A stretch of DNA of 64,000 nucleotides from an uncultured Acidobacteriota bacterium (GTDB lineage: Bacteria; Acidobacteriota; Vicinamibacteria; Vicinamibacterales; UBA2999), in assembly GCA_963789815.1 (NCBI GenBank), contig CAWBMG010000009.1, positions 137,103 through 201,102 of the forward strand, in the 5' to 3' direction. Positions 19,447-28,827 of this stretch are shown in pieces. The position numbers and the translations under genes are program-made. Within the stretch, counting starts at the first letter, position 1. The number at the start of each line of letters is the position of its first letter. Below the pieces are notes generated by a model, which was not told the origin of the DNA, made no database searches, and saw nothing but the letters and a program-made list of their open reading frames with translations.

Positions 19447-19655
19447 GAACCGCTCGACGAAAAAAATATCGCTCGACATCAAAAACACTCTTGCGTCTCG
19501 AGCACTAACGGCTTATCTTGTGGTGTGACCGTCGCATGACGCTACTTGTTGGCGTTTTGCTCCCCCCTGCTATAGCGGTCGCGATGTGGTTTCACGACGA
19601 AAAAATCGGTTGACTCGTACACCTCTGACTCCCATGAGGGTGCGATCGGCCCTAA

Positions 19656-20354
19656 GTGGCTTCGAGCCCGTACCAGGGAGGGCTTTTGGTCGGCCAGCAT
19701 AATTTCGGATCCCGACTGAGGGCTCAGCGTGAACGTCACGGTGTCACGCTGGCATCAATTGCCGACTCGACAAAGATCAAACGCTCGCTACTCGAGGGGC
19801 TCGAAAGTGGCGACGTCTCGCAATGGCCGCGTGGCCTCTTCCGGCGTGCTTACATCCGCGACTATGCCTGTGCGATAGGCCTGCCTCCTGAACCGCTCGT
19901 GTTGGAGTTCGGGCAGATCTTCCCGGAAGACGGTGGTGAAGTTCGTGCCGGACTCGAGGCTGCCGAGCCCTTGCGATTGACACTTGCCGGCGACCCCGAC
20001 ACTGGTATGCGTCTGGTGGCCAGGCGCGCGCTCTGCGCAGCTCTCGAGATGAGTGTAGTCGTCGCGTTCAGCGGCGTCGTCGCCGTTGCATCCGGTGCCC
20101 CGTTCTGGAATGTGTGCGCCGTCGCTGCGCTGGTGTACTACGCTGTCGCCGCTGCCGTAACCGGCCGCAGCTTGGACGTGCGACAACTGCAGGCCTTGAT
20201 TCCTCACGGAGCGACAATCGGCACGTTACCGACCGAGACGCGAGAGGAGCCCGTTCGGCTCTATACGGTGGCCGAGCCACGCGGGCCACGAGTTCCATTC
20301 GTCCACGTCGTCGGCGGCGAGGACTTTCCTCAGCACCACACCGCGTCGCACTAG
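19656..20354 (+). CDS. RodZ-like XRE-type HTH membrane protein
   Basis: GTG start. The HTH is FGSRLRAQRERHGVTLASIADSTKIKRSLLEGLESGD, followed by two hydrophobic helices (VVVAFSGVVAVASG, VCAVAALVYYAVAAAV). Confidence 0.7.
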   Translation: MASSPYQGGLLVGQHNFGSRLRAQRERHGVTLASIADSTKIKRSLLEGLESGDVSQWPRGLFRRAYIRDYACAIGLPPEPLVLEFGQIFPEDGGEVRAGLEAAEPLRLTLAGDPDTGMRLVARRALCAALEMSVVVAFSGVVAVASGAPFWNVCAVAALVYYAVAAAVTGRSLDVRQLQALIPHGATIGTLPTETREEPVRLYTVAEPRGPRVPFVHVVGGEDFPQHHTASH

Positions 20355-20399
20355 CGTAGCGGCCACGGCCGCGCTCGTGCCTTTCACGTTCTTGCGCCG

Positions 20400-21311
20400 A
20401 TGCAGAATCCGGATGCCGCAGAGTTGCGGCGGCTCACAAGCGAACTGGAGAACTTTCGCGACATCGCGAAGTACCTTCTGCCACAACCCGGAGAGATACC
20501 GAAGCTCTCGGGAATCGACGTGTTCGGCGGCACGCTCGCGCTGAGCGGATCGGCGGGTGGCGACCACATCATCTACATCGATTTCAAGCAGCGATTCGAC
20601 CTGCAAGCGCGGATGACGCGAGCGCGTGAGGAAGGCAGGTCGGAGGTGCTCGCGAACCTCGAACGCTGCCAGCGGATGGCCGGGATCGCCGTGATCGACG
20701 TGGCGGGACATCGCATGACGGATGCCCTGCTCGCGGCCATGCTCCACCAGGCCTTTCTGCTCGGCGCGATCTACGAGTTGGATCGATTCGGCCAGATCAC
20801 GAAGCGATTGTTCGAGAATCTGAACACGCGCTTCTACCAGTCGTCGGGTGCGCACAAGTTCATTTCATTGGTCTACGGTGAGATTTCCGAGGATGCTCGC
20901 TTCAGGTTTCTCTCGGCGGGGATGCCGTTCCCGGCCGTGTTTTCGAAGCAAAACGATCGGTTCATGGAGGTGGGCGCACACCTCTCGGTGTCGTTTCCCC
21001 CGGTTGGCATGATGCCGTCGTGGAACGTGATCGACCGCAAGACGACGACGAGCATCTTGGGCTTCAAAGAACACTACGAAATGAACGAATGGCGGTTGAT
21101 GGGCGCGGGCGATATCCTTCTGCTGCACACCGACGGTCTTGTCGATCACAGAAAGCAAGACGACGCCTACTTCCCTGACCAGCTCGAACAGAAGCTGCGG
21201 GAAGTGAAGCACCTGGGGGCGCGCGAGATATTCGAGGCCATCAAAGCCGACCTGCTGGCGTTCACGGCGCCAAGCGACGACATCAGCATGGTCGTCATCA
21301 AGCTGGCCTGA
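20400..21311 (+). CDS. PP2C/SpoIIE-family protein phosphatase
   Basis: GGDHIIYIDF, AVIDVAGHRMTDA and ILLLHTDGLVDH are metal-binding Asp motifs of RsbU/SpoIIE-type phosphatases. Confidence 0.8.
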   Translation: MQNPDAAELRRLTSELENFRDIAKYLLPQPGEIPKLSGIDVFGGTLALSGSAGGDHIIYIDFKQRFDLQARMTRAREEGRSEVLANLERCQRMAGIAVIDVAGHRMTDALLAAMLHQAFLLGAIYELDRFGQITKRLFENLNTRFYQSSGAHKFISLVYGEISEDARFRFLSAGMPFPAVFSKQNDRFMEVGAHLSVSFPPVGMMPSWNVIDRKTTTSILGFKEHYEMNEWRLMGAGDILLLHTDGLVDHRKQDDAYFPDQLEQKLREVKHLGAREIFEAIKADLLAFTAPSDDISMVVIKLA

Positions 21312-21321
21312 TTACGTTGCG

Positions 21322-22482
21322 TCAGACTTCCTCGTTGAGCACCCGCACTTGCGCCTCGCCCTGGCGTAGCATCCGGATGAACGCGGTCACGAGATCGGGA
21401 TCGAACTCCGTGCCAGAGCGCTCTTCGAGGTAGCTCGTGACCTTTTCCGAAGCCCACGCATCGCGGTACGGACGTTTGGTCCGAAGCGCATCGAAGACGT
21501 CGCACACGTGAACGAGTCGGCTGGCCAGCGCGCAGGCGCGGCCGTAGTGCATCGCCGGATAGCCTCCGCCATCAAGCATGATGTGGTGCTCATATGCCAC
21601 AACGGCCGCGAGGTCTAATTCCTCGTCGCTCGTCATGATGATCCGCGCGCCATCAATGGGATGTTGATTCATGACGCGCCGCTCCTCGTCGCTCAGCTTC
21701 CCTGGCTTGGTGAGGACCTCCAAGGGGATCCGGATCTTGCCGATGTCGTGAAGCAGCCCGGCCACGCCGAAGGCACGAACCTCGCGTGGACCGCACCCAA
21801 GATGCTCGGCCAGGCCCATCGCAAGCACTGCAACGTTCAGCGAGTGCGTGGTCGTGTATTGATCGAATTCCTTCAACTGCAGCAACGGCAGCACCATTCG
21901 TCGATCGCTATGCATGGCCACCGACAATGAACGGACGACGGCCTCGGCCTCGGTAAGCGGTACCGCGCCATGCGATCGGACCTCCTGCTGCACCCATCGC
22001 AGCGTCTCTGCTTCTTCGCCGAGCGTGAGATTCAGGGTCGCGAGGGCAGGGGCACCGGCAGCCGCTTCGGCCTCAGCCTGACCCTGCAACCCGACGGCGC
22101 CGAAGCGAATGCCGAGGGGTGCCATTTGTCGGTTCTCGCTTGTGGTAATCGCCGACAGAGTGAGGCGCGCCAGTATCTCCTGTAGGAAGCTCTCGAACTC
22201 ATCCCGGCTGACCTGGCGCTCAAACTCGAGTCGTTGGACACCGGCGGCCATCAGCCGGCGACCCCAGTCCCATTCCTTCAACTCGCGCAACCGATCGCGG
22301 CCGAAGACGACTTCGTCTTCGAGGAACGTAAAGGATGGATGCGCGCCTCCGACCCACAGGCCGTCGAGCGTTTCATGCGCTACGTCGATCGCGCGTTCCC
22401 GGGAGGGATGCCCCTCTGGGTAGAGGGTCATCACGGCAAGCGCGTGCGCGAAGGCATTGAGAAAGCCGGCAGGATCGCTCAT
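21322..22482 (-). CDS. HD-GYP domain phosphodiesterase
   Basis: HSLNVAVLAMGLA, LLHDIGKIRIP, KPGKLSDEE, HPIDGARI, AYEHHIMLDGGGYP. The start overlaps the upstream stop (ATGA at 22479-22482). Confidence 0.9.
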   Translation of the reverse strand: MSDPAGFLNAFAHALAVMTLYPEGHPSRERAIDVAHETLDGLWVGGAHPSFTFLEDEVVFGRDRLRELKEWDWGRRLMAAGVQRLEFERQVSRDEFESFLQEILARLTLSAITTSENRQMAPLGIRFGAVGLQGQAEAEAAAGAPALATLNLTLGEEAETLRWVQQEVRSHGAVPLTEAEAVVRSLSVAMHSDRRMVLPLLQLKEFDQYTTTHSLNVAVLAMGLAEHLGCGPREVRAFGVAGLLHDIGKIRIPLEVLTKPGKLSDEERRVMNQHPIDGARIIMTSDEELDLAAVVAYEHHIMLDGGGYPAMHYGRACALASRLVHVCDVFDALRTKRPYRDAWASEKVTSYLEERSGTEFDPDLVTAFIRMLRQGEAQVRVLNEEV

Positions 22483-24560
22483 GGTCGAGTCTGGCGCGCA
22501 GCCTGACGAACCTCAGGATCAGACGATCCGATCGCCAGCGCGAGCATGCCGGAAGCACGTGGTTCTGAAGCCCAATTACTCGCCAAGGCTCGCACGGCGG
22601 CGAGAAGGACGGGCGTCCGAGGAGCGAGTTTGGGTTTTCCGAGCAGGGTCCTGCCGCCGTCAACCAAGTGTAGAAGGGCGTCCAACGAGACGCGCTCTCC
22701 CGAGCGCCCCAGGGCACCAGCTGCGAGGACGCGAAGTTCCTCGACAATCCGTGGATTGAGCGCCACGCGGACAACGAGTCCGGCCATCGCCGGCGGGCAC
22801 TCGTCCTGAAGCGCAATCAGACCCAGCCGCATGATTCGTAAGTCGTGGTCGTCGAGCGCCGTCAGAAGAGCGAGGTCCCGCTCGGCCGGCAACTTGAGTT
22901 GGAGGTGAATGGCTTCGTATCGCACCCGCGCGTCGTGATGACGCGTCCAAGGCGTGACCGAGAACCCGGACGGGACACGGCCCAACCGTTCGAGTAGCAA
23001 GAGCATATTGCGCTGCACGAACCACCGTTCGTCCGCCAGACGCGCGACGATGAGCGGGCCAACGTCGAGGTTCGTGCGCGGAAGACGGTCGAGCAGCTTG
23101 CGGCGGGTCGCACGGTTCGTAGACGTCACGAGCGTGCTGAGAAGCACTTCGTAGCTCTCGATGGAGAGCAATGGAAACAGGTGATCGAGCGAATCGAGGT
23201 CAACCGGATCGCGCGCGAGGAGTCGCCGTATCGTGGAAGGCAGAAGCAGCCTGCTCCGGAGGTTGTCCTTGGTGACGCCGCTCGCGGCAGGAGCTGATTC
23301 CAGAAGCTTCAACAGCGAGCCGACCGCGCCTCCGTCGATGGCTCGATCGACAGCGCGATCGACGAGCGGACCGACGGCCGCGACTTCGAGGCTCATTTGG
23401 ACCACGCGGAGAGGGTCTGACTGGTCGCCTTGATCACGTCCCCCATCAAGACGCTGTCCTGCCGGCGCTGCCGTCGCCAGGTGCTGTAGCACTCGGCCGT
23501 ACGCGTCGGGATTCGGATCCACAAGGTTCCAGCCAGACAGCAGACTGCTGACCTGGTCTCGCAACGCGCCGTCCGCGAACGATCGAGCCTCCTCGTGCCC
23601 GAGCTCGGCGTGCGCAGCCAGCTTCGAGAGCATTCTGATGAGTCCGTGCGAAATCGTTTGACCGCTCGCGTCGGCTGCGGCCTTGAGGATCTCGATCACG
23701 GCGTCCACTGCCATTCCGCTCGTCGCGTTCAGCACGAACGAGCGCCGCTGCGCCACGTCGCCACCCATCTCAATCAGTCGGCGTAGCGTTTCGGGCCTCA
23801 AGGCCGAGATCAATCGACCAGTCCGCCGCCGCAGCGCGGCCGCTTCGGCGCCCGTTGCGGTCTTGAGCTCGCTGGCGATTTGCAACAGGTAGCCGACGAC
23901 AACCTGGTCGTATGCCGCAGCACCGTGGTGTTCATCGATCGCCTTCGCGACGACGGAGGGCTCGGTGGACACCGTCTCTGCAGGTTGGCCGGCGGCGTCG
24001 TTGGCCATGGCGGCCCTTGCCAGGCCGATCCACAGCTCCGCTCCCTTCCAACCGCCGGGCCCACCCGATCCACCGGTAGCTAACGGGGCGTCCCCAACGA
24101 GCTCCAGCCGGTCGAATGTGAGTGGGTGCAGTCGAACGTGAGTCCAGTCAAGCATCCGTCCGGAGGACGCCAGCCCCAAAGGGCCCTCGCGCTCGACTTC
24201 AGTCGAAAGGGCACGCAGGGCCAAGCTGATCTCGGCGGCTTCGACACCGCGCGTCAGGCTGATCGCGCCGAGATGATGTCGATGCAGCCCCTCGGCAAGG
24301 CGGCGGAGAACAGGTTGATTAGGGTCGGTTGCGACACCCTCGATAATTAGCTGCCGGCGGGCGACGCCGAACGCGATCGTCTCGCGACCCTGGAGCAGAC
24401 GCTCGGCCCGACGCACCACACCCGCCGCAGCGGGCTCGAGGGAGGGATGCCCGCTTGGATACATCGCGTGCTTGTGGAGGGCAATCGACAGCTCGATCAG
24501 AAACTCGCTGAAATCACGCGAAAGGCTGACTCGTTCGGGCTTGGTTCCGGCGTCGCTCAC
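22479..24560 (-). CDS. large hypothetical protein with HD-GYP-associated N-domain and C-terminal HEAT-like repeats
   Basis: 693-aa ORF. Its N-terminus FSEFLIELSIALHKHAMYPSGHPS parallels FLNAFAHALAVMTLYPEGHPS of the downstream HD-GYP protein. The C-part has repeated helical units (DARVRYEAI..., DHDLRIMRLGLIAL, SSDPEVRQAARQ). Confidence 0.7.
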   Translation of the reverse strand: MSDAGTKPERVSLSRDFSEFLIELSIALHKHAMYPSGHPSLEPAAAGVVRRAERLLQGRETIAFGVARRQLIIEGVATDPNQPVLRRLAEGLHRHHLGAISLTRGVEAAEISLALRALSTEVEREGPLGLASSGRMLDWTHVRLHPLTFDRLELVGDAPLATGGSGGPGGWKGAELWIGLARAAMANDAAGQPAETVSTEPSVVAKAIDEHHGAAAYDQVVVGYLLQIASELKTATGAEAAALRRRTGRLISALRPETLRRLIEMGGDVAQRRSFVLNATSGMAVDAVIEILKAAADASGQTISHGLIRMLSKLAAHAELGHEEARSFADGALRDQVSSLLSGWNLVDPNPDAYGRVLQHLATAAPAGQRLDGGRDQGDQSDPLRVVQMSLEVAAVGPLVDRAVDRAIDGGAVGSLLKLLESAPAASGVTKDNLRSRLLLPSTIRRLLARDPVDLDSLDHLFPLLSIESYEVLLSTLVTSTNRATRRKLLDRLPRTNLDVGPLIVARLADERWFVQRNMLLLLERLGRVPSGFSVTPWTRHHDARVRYEAIHLQLKLPAERDLALLTALDDHDLRIMRLGLIALQDECPPAMAGLVVRVALNPRIVEELRVLAAGALGRSGERVSLDALLHLVDGGRTLLGKPKLAPRTPVLLAAVRALASNWASEPRASGMLALAIGSSDPEVRQAARQTRP

Positions 24561-24653
24561 GTGAGAGGCAGCGTAGGCTGTGATCTCTTTTCAATCAAGT
24601 CCTTTCATGTTTTGTGGCTTCCGGCTCAAACCAGGAGCCCCCTCGATCGACAG

Positions 24654-24669
24654 TGCTGCTCATGTGCCA
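24654..24669 (-). promoter_or_regulatory. weak sigma-54-like -24/-12 motif
   Basis: Minus strand reads TGGCAC-ATGAG-CAGCA (GG-N10-GC), 94 nt upstream of the start at 24560. The -12 region deviates from TTGCA. Confidence 0.3.
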
Positions 24670-24909
24670 GCAACGACGGCGCCCGAGATGGATCCCGATC
24701 CTCGTGCAGCCGATTGGTCACACGGGTGCCGGTCTCCACCTCAACGGCCTGCCTTCTGATTGCTCTGCACCTTCTACAGAGAAGGCGAGTAATTCCTGCC
24801 AGGCCATTGGGCTCCAGAACCGCCAAAGGCTGCGTAATCGCGCCTCCGGGTTGGAGTAGCTCAGGCTCGTCGAGCTGGCGCGGGCATCAGACTTGCTCAA
24901 CAGGAGACT

Positions 24910-25230
24910 ATGAAACGCAAGTCGCCCGGGCGGATCGAATCGCCTCGAGCGGATGAGGCACTCGAAACGCCTCCTGATGAGCCTCAGCCGATCCCGGTGC
25001 AGGAGCCGCCGCCGACACCGTCGGACGCACCGGCAGACGATCCGCCGACAGAGCCCGGTCCCGGGTCGTACATCGTAAGCCGTGAACGTGCATCGGATCA
25101 CAAGACTCGCGGCCCCGCGAAGACGCGCGCTCAATATGGACGCGTGGGCGGAGCGAATCGGCCCGCTGCAGAGACCCAAAAGCTTCTGAACATGGAAGAA
25201 AACATCCGCAAGGCCAGAGGCGACGAATAG
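24910..25230 (+). CDS. hypothetical Pro-rich small protein
   Basis: The ATG is preceded by AGGAG 5 nt upstream. The sequence is low complexity (PPDEPQPIPVQEPPPTPSDAPADDPPTEPGPG). No family recognised. Confidence 0.45.
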   Translation: MKRKSPGRIESPRADEALETPPDEPQPIPVQEPPPTPSDAPADDPPTEPGPGSYIVSRERASDHKTRGPAKTRAQYGRVGGANRPAAETQKLLNMEENIRKARGDE

Positions 25231-25277
25231 ACCCGAGCTGCCAGCGCAAAGGCGGTGGCTGAGGAGACGATCAAGAC

Positions 25278-26216
25278 GTGCTCGACATACGTGCGACCCG
25301 TCACGAGTTTCCAGGAAGGCTCATCGTCGCGATGGGGGTTCTCGCTGTCGTGCTGCTTTCACGAGCACCATCGGCGGCCGAGCTCGCGGAACTGTGGATC
25401 GAGCCTGAACCAGGTCGCGACCTGTTCTACGGCGTCGGAGGGCCGCAGCTCGCGCCGAAGCCATTGTTGACATACACAGTCATTGAGGCAAAGAAGCGTG
25501 GATTCAGCAGCGGCTACACCGTGAAGGACCCGGAAGGGAAAGAGTGGAGCGCGAAGCTCTATCCGGAGGCCAGAACGGAAGTCGTTGCCTCACGCATTCT
25601 CTGGGCGGTCGGCTATCACCAGCCGCCAGCCTACGTGCTGGAGCAGTGGTCGGCGGCTGGTGCCCGAGGTCCCAATCCGCAGCCCGTCGCCCGCTTTCGC
25701 GAACGGCAGCCAGAGTTTCACGGCTTGACGGAGTCAGGCCCGTGGGCATTCTCAGACAACCCCTTCGTCGGCACGAAGCCCCTCGCCGGACTTCTGGTGC
25801 TACAGGTGATGCTGGGTAACTCGGACCTCAAAGCTGCCAACAACATGCTCTACACACTCGCCCGGCCGGTCGAAGGAGCGCGACGCTGGTACGTGGTACG
25901 CGATCTCGGCCACACGTTCGGTCGAACGGGCGTCACCGATGCGCCCCGCGACGACATCGAGGTATTCGATGAGACGCCGTTCGTCAAAGCTGTGGACCAC
26001 GGTATCGTCAAGTTCGAATACCGCGGGTTGCATGGGCCCCTGTTCGAAGACATTACCGTGGCAGACCTTCGCTGGATTTGCGGCCGTCTGTCGAAGCTGA
26101 CGAATAGGCAGTGGGTCGACGCCTTCCGCGCAGGCGGGTATGCCGAGGCTACCAGCCAAAGGTATATCCGCCGGCTGAAGCAGAAGATCGCCGAGGGACT
26201 GGCGGTCGAGGGTTAG
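25278..26216 (+). CDS. secreted/membrane-anchored atypical kinase-fold protein (PI3/4-kinase- or HipA-like catalytic loop)
   Basis: GTG start with GAGGAG upstream. N-terminal hydrophobic anchor LIVAMGVLAVVLL. LGNSDLKAANNML resembles a kinase catalytic loop (GDxHxxN / HRDLKxxN). VVRDLGHTFG resembles a DFG-like metal loop. Confidence 0.55.
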   Translation: MLDIRATRHEFPGRLIVAMGVLAVVLLSRAPSAAELAELWIEPEPGRDLFYGVGGPQLAPKPLLTYTVIEAKKRGFSSGYTVKDPEGKEWSAKLYPEARTEVVASRILWAVGYHQPPAYVLEQWSAAGARGPNPQPVARFRERQPEFHGLTESGPWAFSDNPFVGTKPLAGLLVLQVMLGNSDLKAANNMLYTLARPVEGARRWYVVRDLGHTFGRTGVTDAPRDDIEVFDETPFVKAVDHGIVKFEYRGLHGPLFEDITVADLRWICGRLSKLTNRQWVDAFRAGGYAEATSQRYIRRLKQKIAEGLAVEG

Positions 26217-26233
26217 GCGTGCTTCGAACACCT

Positions 26234-27013
26234 ATGCTGACCAAGCGAGCTCTGACCGTTGCCCTCGGGTTGTCGATGGGCTTGTTGCTCGCGGGCGCGG
26301 CGCCCGCGCGATTGGCTGCTGCGCAGCAGGCCGAGGCGCAGCGGTCTCCGCTCGAACAGTCCCAGTCCATGCCCCCGGGCGACTGGAAGGAGATGATCTC
26401 CGAGGGAATTGTCCGCCTTCCGCTCGCCGGTGCTCTGGGAGCCTTGCTGGCTTTTCGATTGAAACGGCGAGGCACGCCAACTCGAACGCCTGCCGTGGTG
26501 CAGACGCAGATCATCCTGACGGTGGTCGGCGCCCTGATCATGCTAGTGGTCGGCGCCAGCCTCGCCCGCGCCTTTGGTATCGTCGGCGCGGCGAGCCTCA
26601 TTCGGTACCGCTCGAAGATCGACGACCCTAAAGATGCTGGTGTGATGCTGTGCGGCTTGTCTGTGGGACTCGCGACTGGCGTCGGTCTCTATGGCCTGGC
26701 CGTTTTCGCGACGGTGTTCCTACTGGCGGCACTGGCCCTTATCGAATCTTTCGAGCCGAGAAACTTCCACCACTTCGCGCTGCAGGCTACGGGCATACAA
26801 GACGTCGCGGAGCTTCGGCCGCGCTTCGAACAGGTGCTGAAACGGTTCAATGCAGAGTGGTCTCTTCGCACCCAGTCGAAAGAGGAACTCTCCTACGACG
26901 TGAAGGTGCCCTTTGAAGTGGAAACCGACCGCGTCACCAATGCGATCCTGAAACTCGAACCAGCAGGCAAGATCGCCGTCGAGTGGGAAGAAAAGAAAGA
27001 TAAGAAATCATGA
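26234..27013 (+). CDS. DUF4956 membrane protein (paralog of 15074..15769)
   Basis: ARAFGIVGAASLIRYRSKIDDPKDAGVMLCGLSVGLATG aligns with the DUF4956 signature of the first copy. It also shares the soluble C-terminal domain. The start is taken at ATG 26234 (MLTKRALTVALGL). Confidence 0.75.
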   Translation: MLTKRALTVALGLSMGLLLAGAAPARLAAAQQAEAQRSPLEQSQSMPPGDWKEMISEGIVRLPLAGALGALLAFRLKRRGTPTRTPAVVQTQIILTVVGALIMLVVGASLARAFGIVGAASLIRYRSKIDDPKDAGVMLCGLSVGLATGVGLYGLAVFATVFLLAALALIESFEPRNFHHFALQATGIQDVAELRPRFEQVLKRFNAEWSLRTQSKEELSYDVKVPFEVETDRVTNAILKLEPAGKIAVEWEEKKDKKS

Positions 27014-27031
27014 CCGAGTTCAGGAGGCCCT

Positions 27032-27925
27032 GTGAAGCTCATCGTTCAACCAGACGACGGCGTGATGCCGATCATGAAGGCCGTACGACGCGCGAAGAAA
27101 TCCATCGATCTCGTCATTTTTCGATTCGATCGTGTAGAGCTTGAAAAGGCACTCGCGGCGGCAGTCGCGCGGGGTGTCGTGGTTCGCGTGCTCATCGCAC
27201 ACACCAATGGGGGAGGCGAGAAGCTCCTTCGGAAGCTCGAGCCGCGCCTGCTCGAGGCTGGCGTAACGGTGACACGGACCGCAGACGACCTGCCACGCTA
27301 TCACGGCAAAATGACGCTGATTGACGACGCGCTATACGTGCTCGGGTTCAACTACACCCGACAGGACATCGAGCGCAGCCGAAGTTTCGGACTGATCACC
27401 CACGACAAGAAATTGTTTCAAGAGGCAGCCTCGCTCTTTGAGGCCGACTCGACTCGACAACCCTATAAACCGAGCCACGACCGGTTCGTGGTCAGCCCCG
27501 AGACTTCCCGCGAACGTCTGTCAGCGTTCATCGGCAAGGCCCGGAAGCAATTGCTGATCTACGACGAGCGCATTACCGACAAGCTGATCCTTCGCCTGAT
27601 TCGCGAACGCGTGGACGCCGGCGTCGAGATCCGTATCATCGGGAAAATCGAGAAGAACATACCGGGTGTGGCGACGCGTAAGCTGTCTGACATGCGGCTG
27701 CATGTGCGAGCAGTCATTTGCGACGGCGCCAGAGCCTTTGTCGGCAGTCAGAGCCTCAGGAAACCCGAACTCGATGAGCGCCGGGAAATCGGCGTCATCG
27801 TCAACGATTCGCGGGTCGCGCGAAAGATGCATGCTGTGTTCGAGGCCGACTGGGCTCTGGCCAAAGGGTCCAAAAATGATGCGGAGGACGAAAAGGCCTT
27901 TACTGCGGAGGCTGCCGCCGTTTGA
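27032..27925 (+). CDS. phospholipase-D-like two-HKD-domain protein
   Basis: GTG start after CAGGAGG. The first motif, YHGKMTLID, is HxK(x)4D. The second, LHVRAVICDG...GSQSL, is HxR(x)4D, i.e. K to R. Confidence 0.8.
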   Translation: MKLIVQPDDGVMPIMKAVRRAKKSIDLVIFRFDRVELEKALAAAVARGVVVRVLIAHTNGGGEKLLRKLEPRLLEAGVTVTRTADDLPRYHGKMTLIDDALYVLGFNYTRQDIERSRSFGLITHDKKLFQEAASLFEADSTRQPYKPSHDRFVVSPETSRERLSAFIGKARKQLLIYDERITDKLILRLIRERVDAGVEIRIIGKIEKNIPGVATRKLSDMRLHVRAVICDGARAFVGSQSLRKPELDERREIGVIVNDSRVARKMHAVFEADWALAKGSKNDAEDEKAFTAEAAAV

Positions 27926-28823
27926 GGGTGCCAGAGTCCACGACTTGTCCGGAACGGGAAATAGTGTTGAAGACCAGCTCGTCCTCGAAGATCTCCGCTG
28001 CGAGAAACGTTAGGTCCTTGTCGAATCCGCTGGCAGTCAGACCCGTCGACGGGTCGATGTTACCGCTGCGCAACTGACCTCCAGAGCCCACGACGAAATA
28101 GGCGATGCCCTTTTGCGGCTTGAGCCTCTCGTAGAAATGATCGTGTCCACTGAACACGACCGTCACATTGTTCTGCACGAAGAGCGGTTCTAGGCTTGTG
28201 CGAAGCCTCGTGTCGGAGCCATGCCGTTCGCCGGACGAATAGAGTGGGTGATGGAAAAAGGGGATCTTCCACTCGTCATTCGCGCCTTTGAGCTCCTTCT
28301 CGACCCAGGCAATCTGCTCGGGATCGGCATAGGTCGTCTCCAAGGCAAAGAAGCGAACGCTTTGCTTCGGGGCCTTGAAGGTGTAATACAGCTTCCCGTC
28401 CATGTTGAACAGCTTGTAGAAGCGCTGGTTCCTGGCATCGTGATTCCCGAGTGAGGCGTAGAACTTGACGCCCCCATCGAGCAAGGGCTTATACGGAATC
28501 TCGAACTTGCGCTGAAAATCTTTGGCCCGTTCTCCACCGTAGAGGTTGTCTCCGACGAGGATGACCATTTCGAACGGGAACCGCTCGTGAAGCCTCGCCA
28601 TTTGCTCGGCCAACTGATACTGCGCGCGTTCCCCAGTTCCGAAGTCTCCTAGCACGGCAAATTTCAGGGCCCCCTGCCGATTGGGGAGCGCGGTCGGCGC
28701 CGATTGGGGGGCCGGCGCCTGGACAACGGCCGGTGTCGCGGAAAGGCTGCGGCCGGTTTCGTAGGCGGTTATTGTGCCGAACAGTAGAAGTAGTAGGGCG
28801 AGGCGAAATGTCGAAGGAGGCAT
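27900..28823 (-). CDS. secreted calcineurin-like metallophosphoesterase
   Basis: FAVLGDFGTG, ILVGDNLY, LGNHD and SGHDHFYER motifs, plus a signal peptide. Its 3' end overlaps the convergent PLD-like gene by 26 bp. Confidence 0.85.
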   Translation of the reverse strand: MPPSTFRLALLLLLFGTITAYETGRSLSATPAVVQAPAPQSAPTALPNRQGALKFAVLGDFGTGERAQYQLAEQMARLHERFPFEMVILVGDNLYGGERAKDFQRKFEIPYKPLLDGGVKFYASLGNHDARNQRFYKLFNMDGKLYYTFKAPKQSVRFFALETTYADPEQIAWVEKELKGANDEWKIPFFHHPLYSSGERHGSDTRLRTSLEPLFVQNNVTVVFSGHDHFYERLKPQKGIAYFVVGSGGQLRSGNIDPSTGLTASGFDKDLTFLAAEIFEDELVFNTISRSGQVVDSGTLKRRQPPQ

Positions 28824-28827
28824 GGCT

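Noticed and set aside
19447-19655. Lower-GC 209-bp spacer with TTGACT and A-runs, considered as an sRNA or riboswitch locus
   Set aside because: I could find no convincing -10 partner, no conserved-looking structured core and no terminator. It is most simply the promoter/leader region of the HTH gene.
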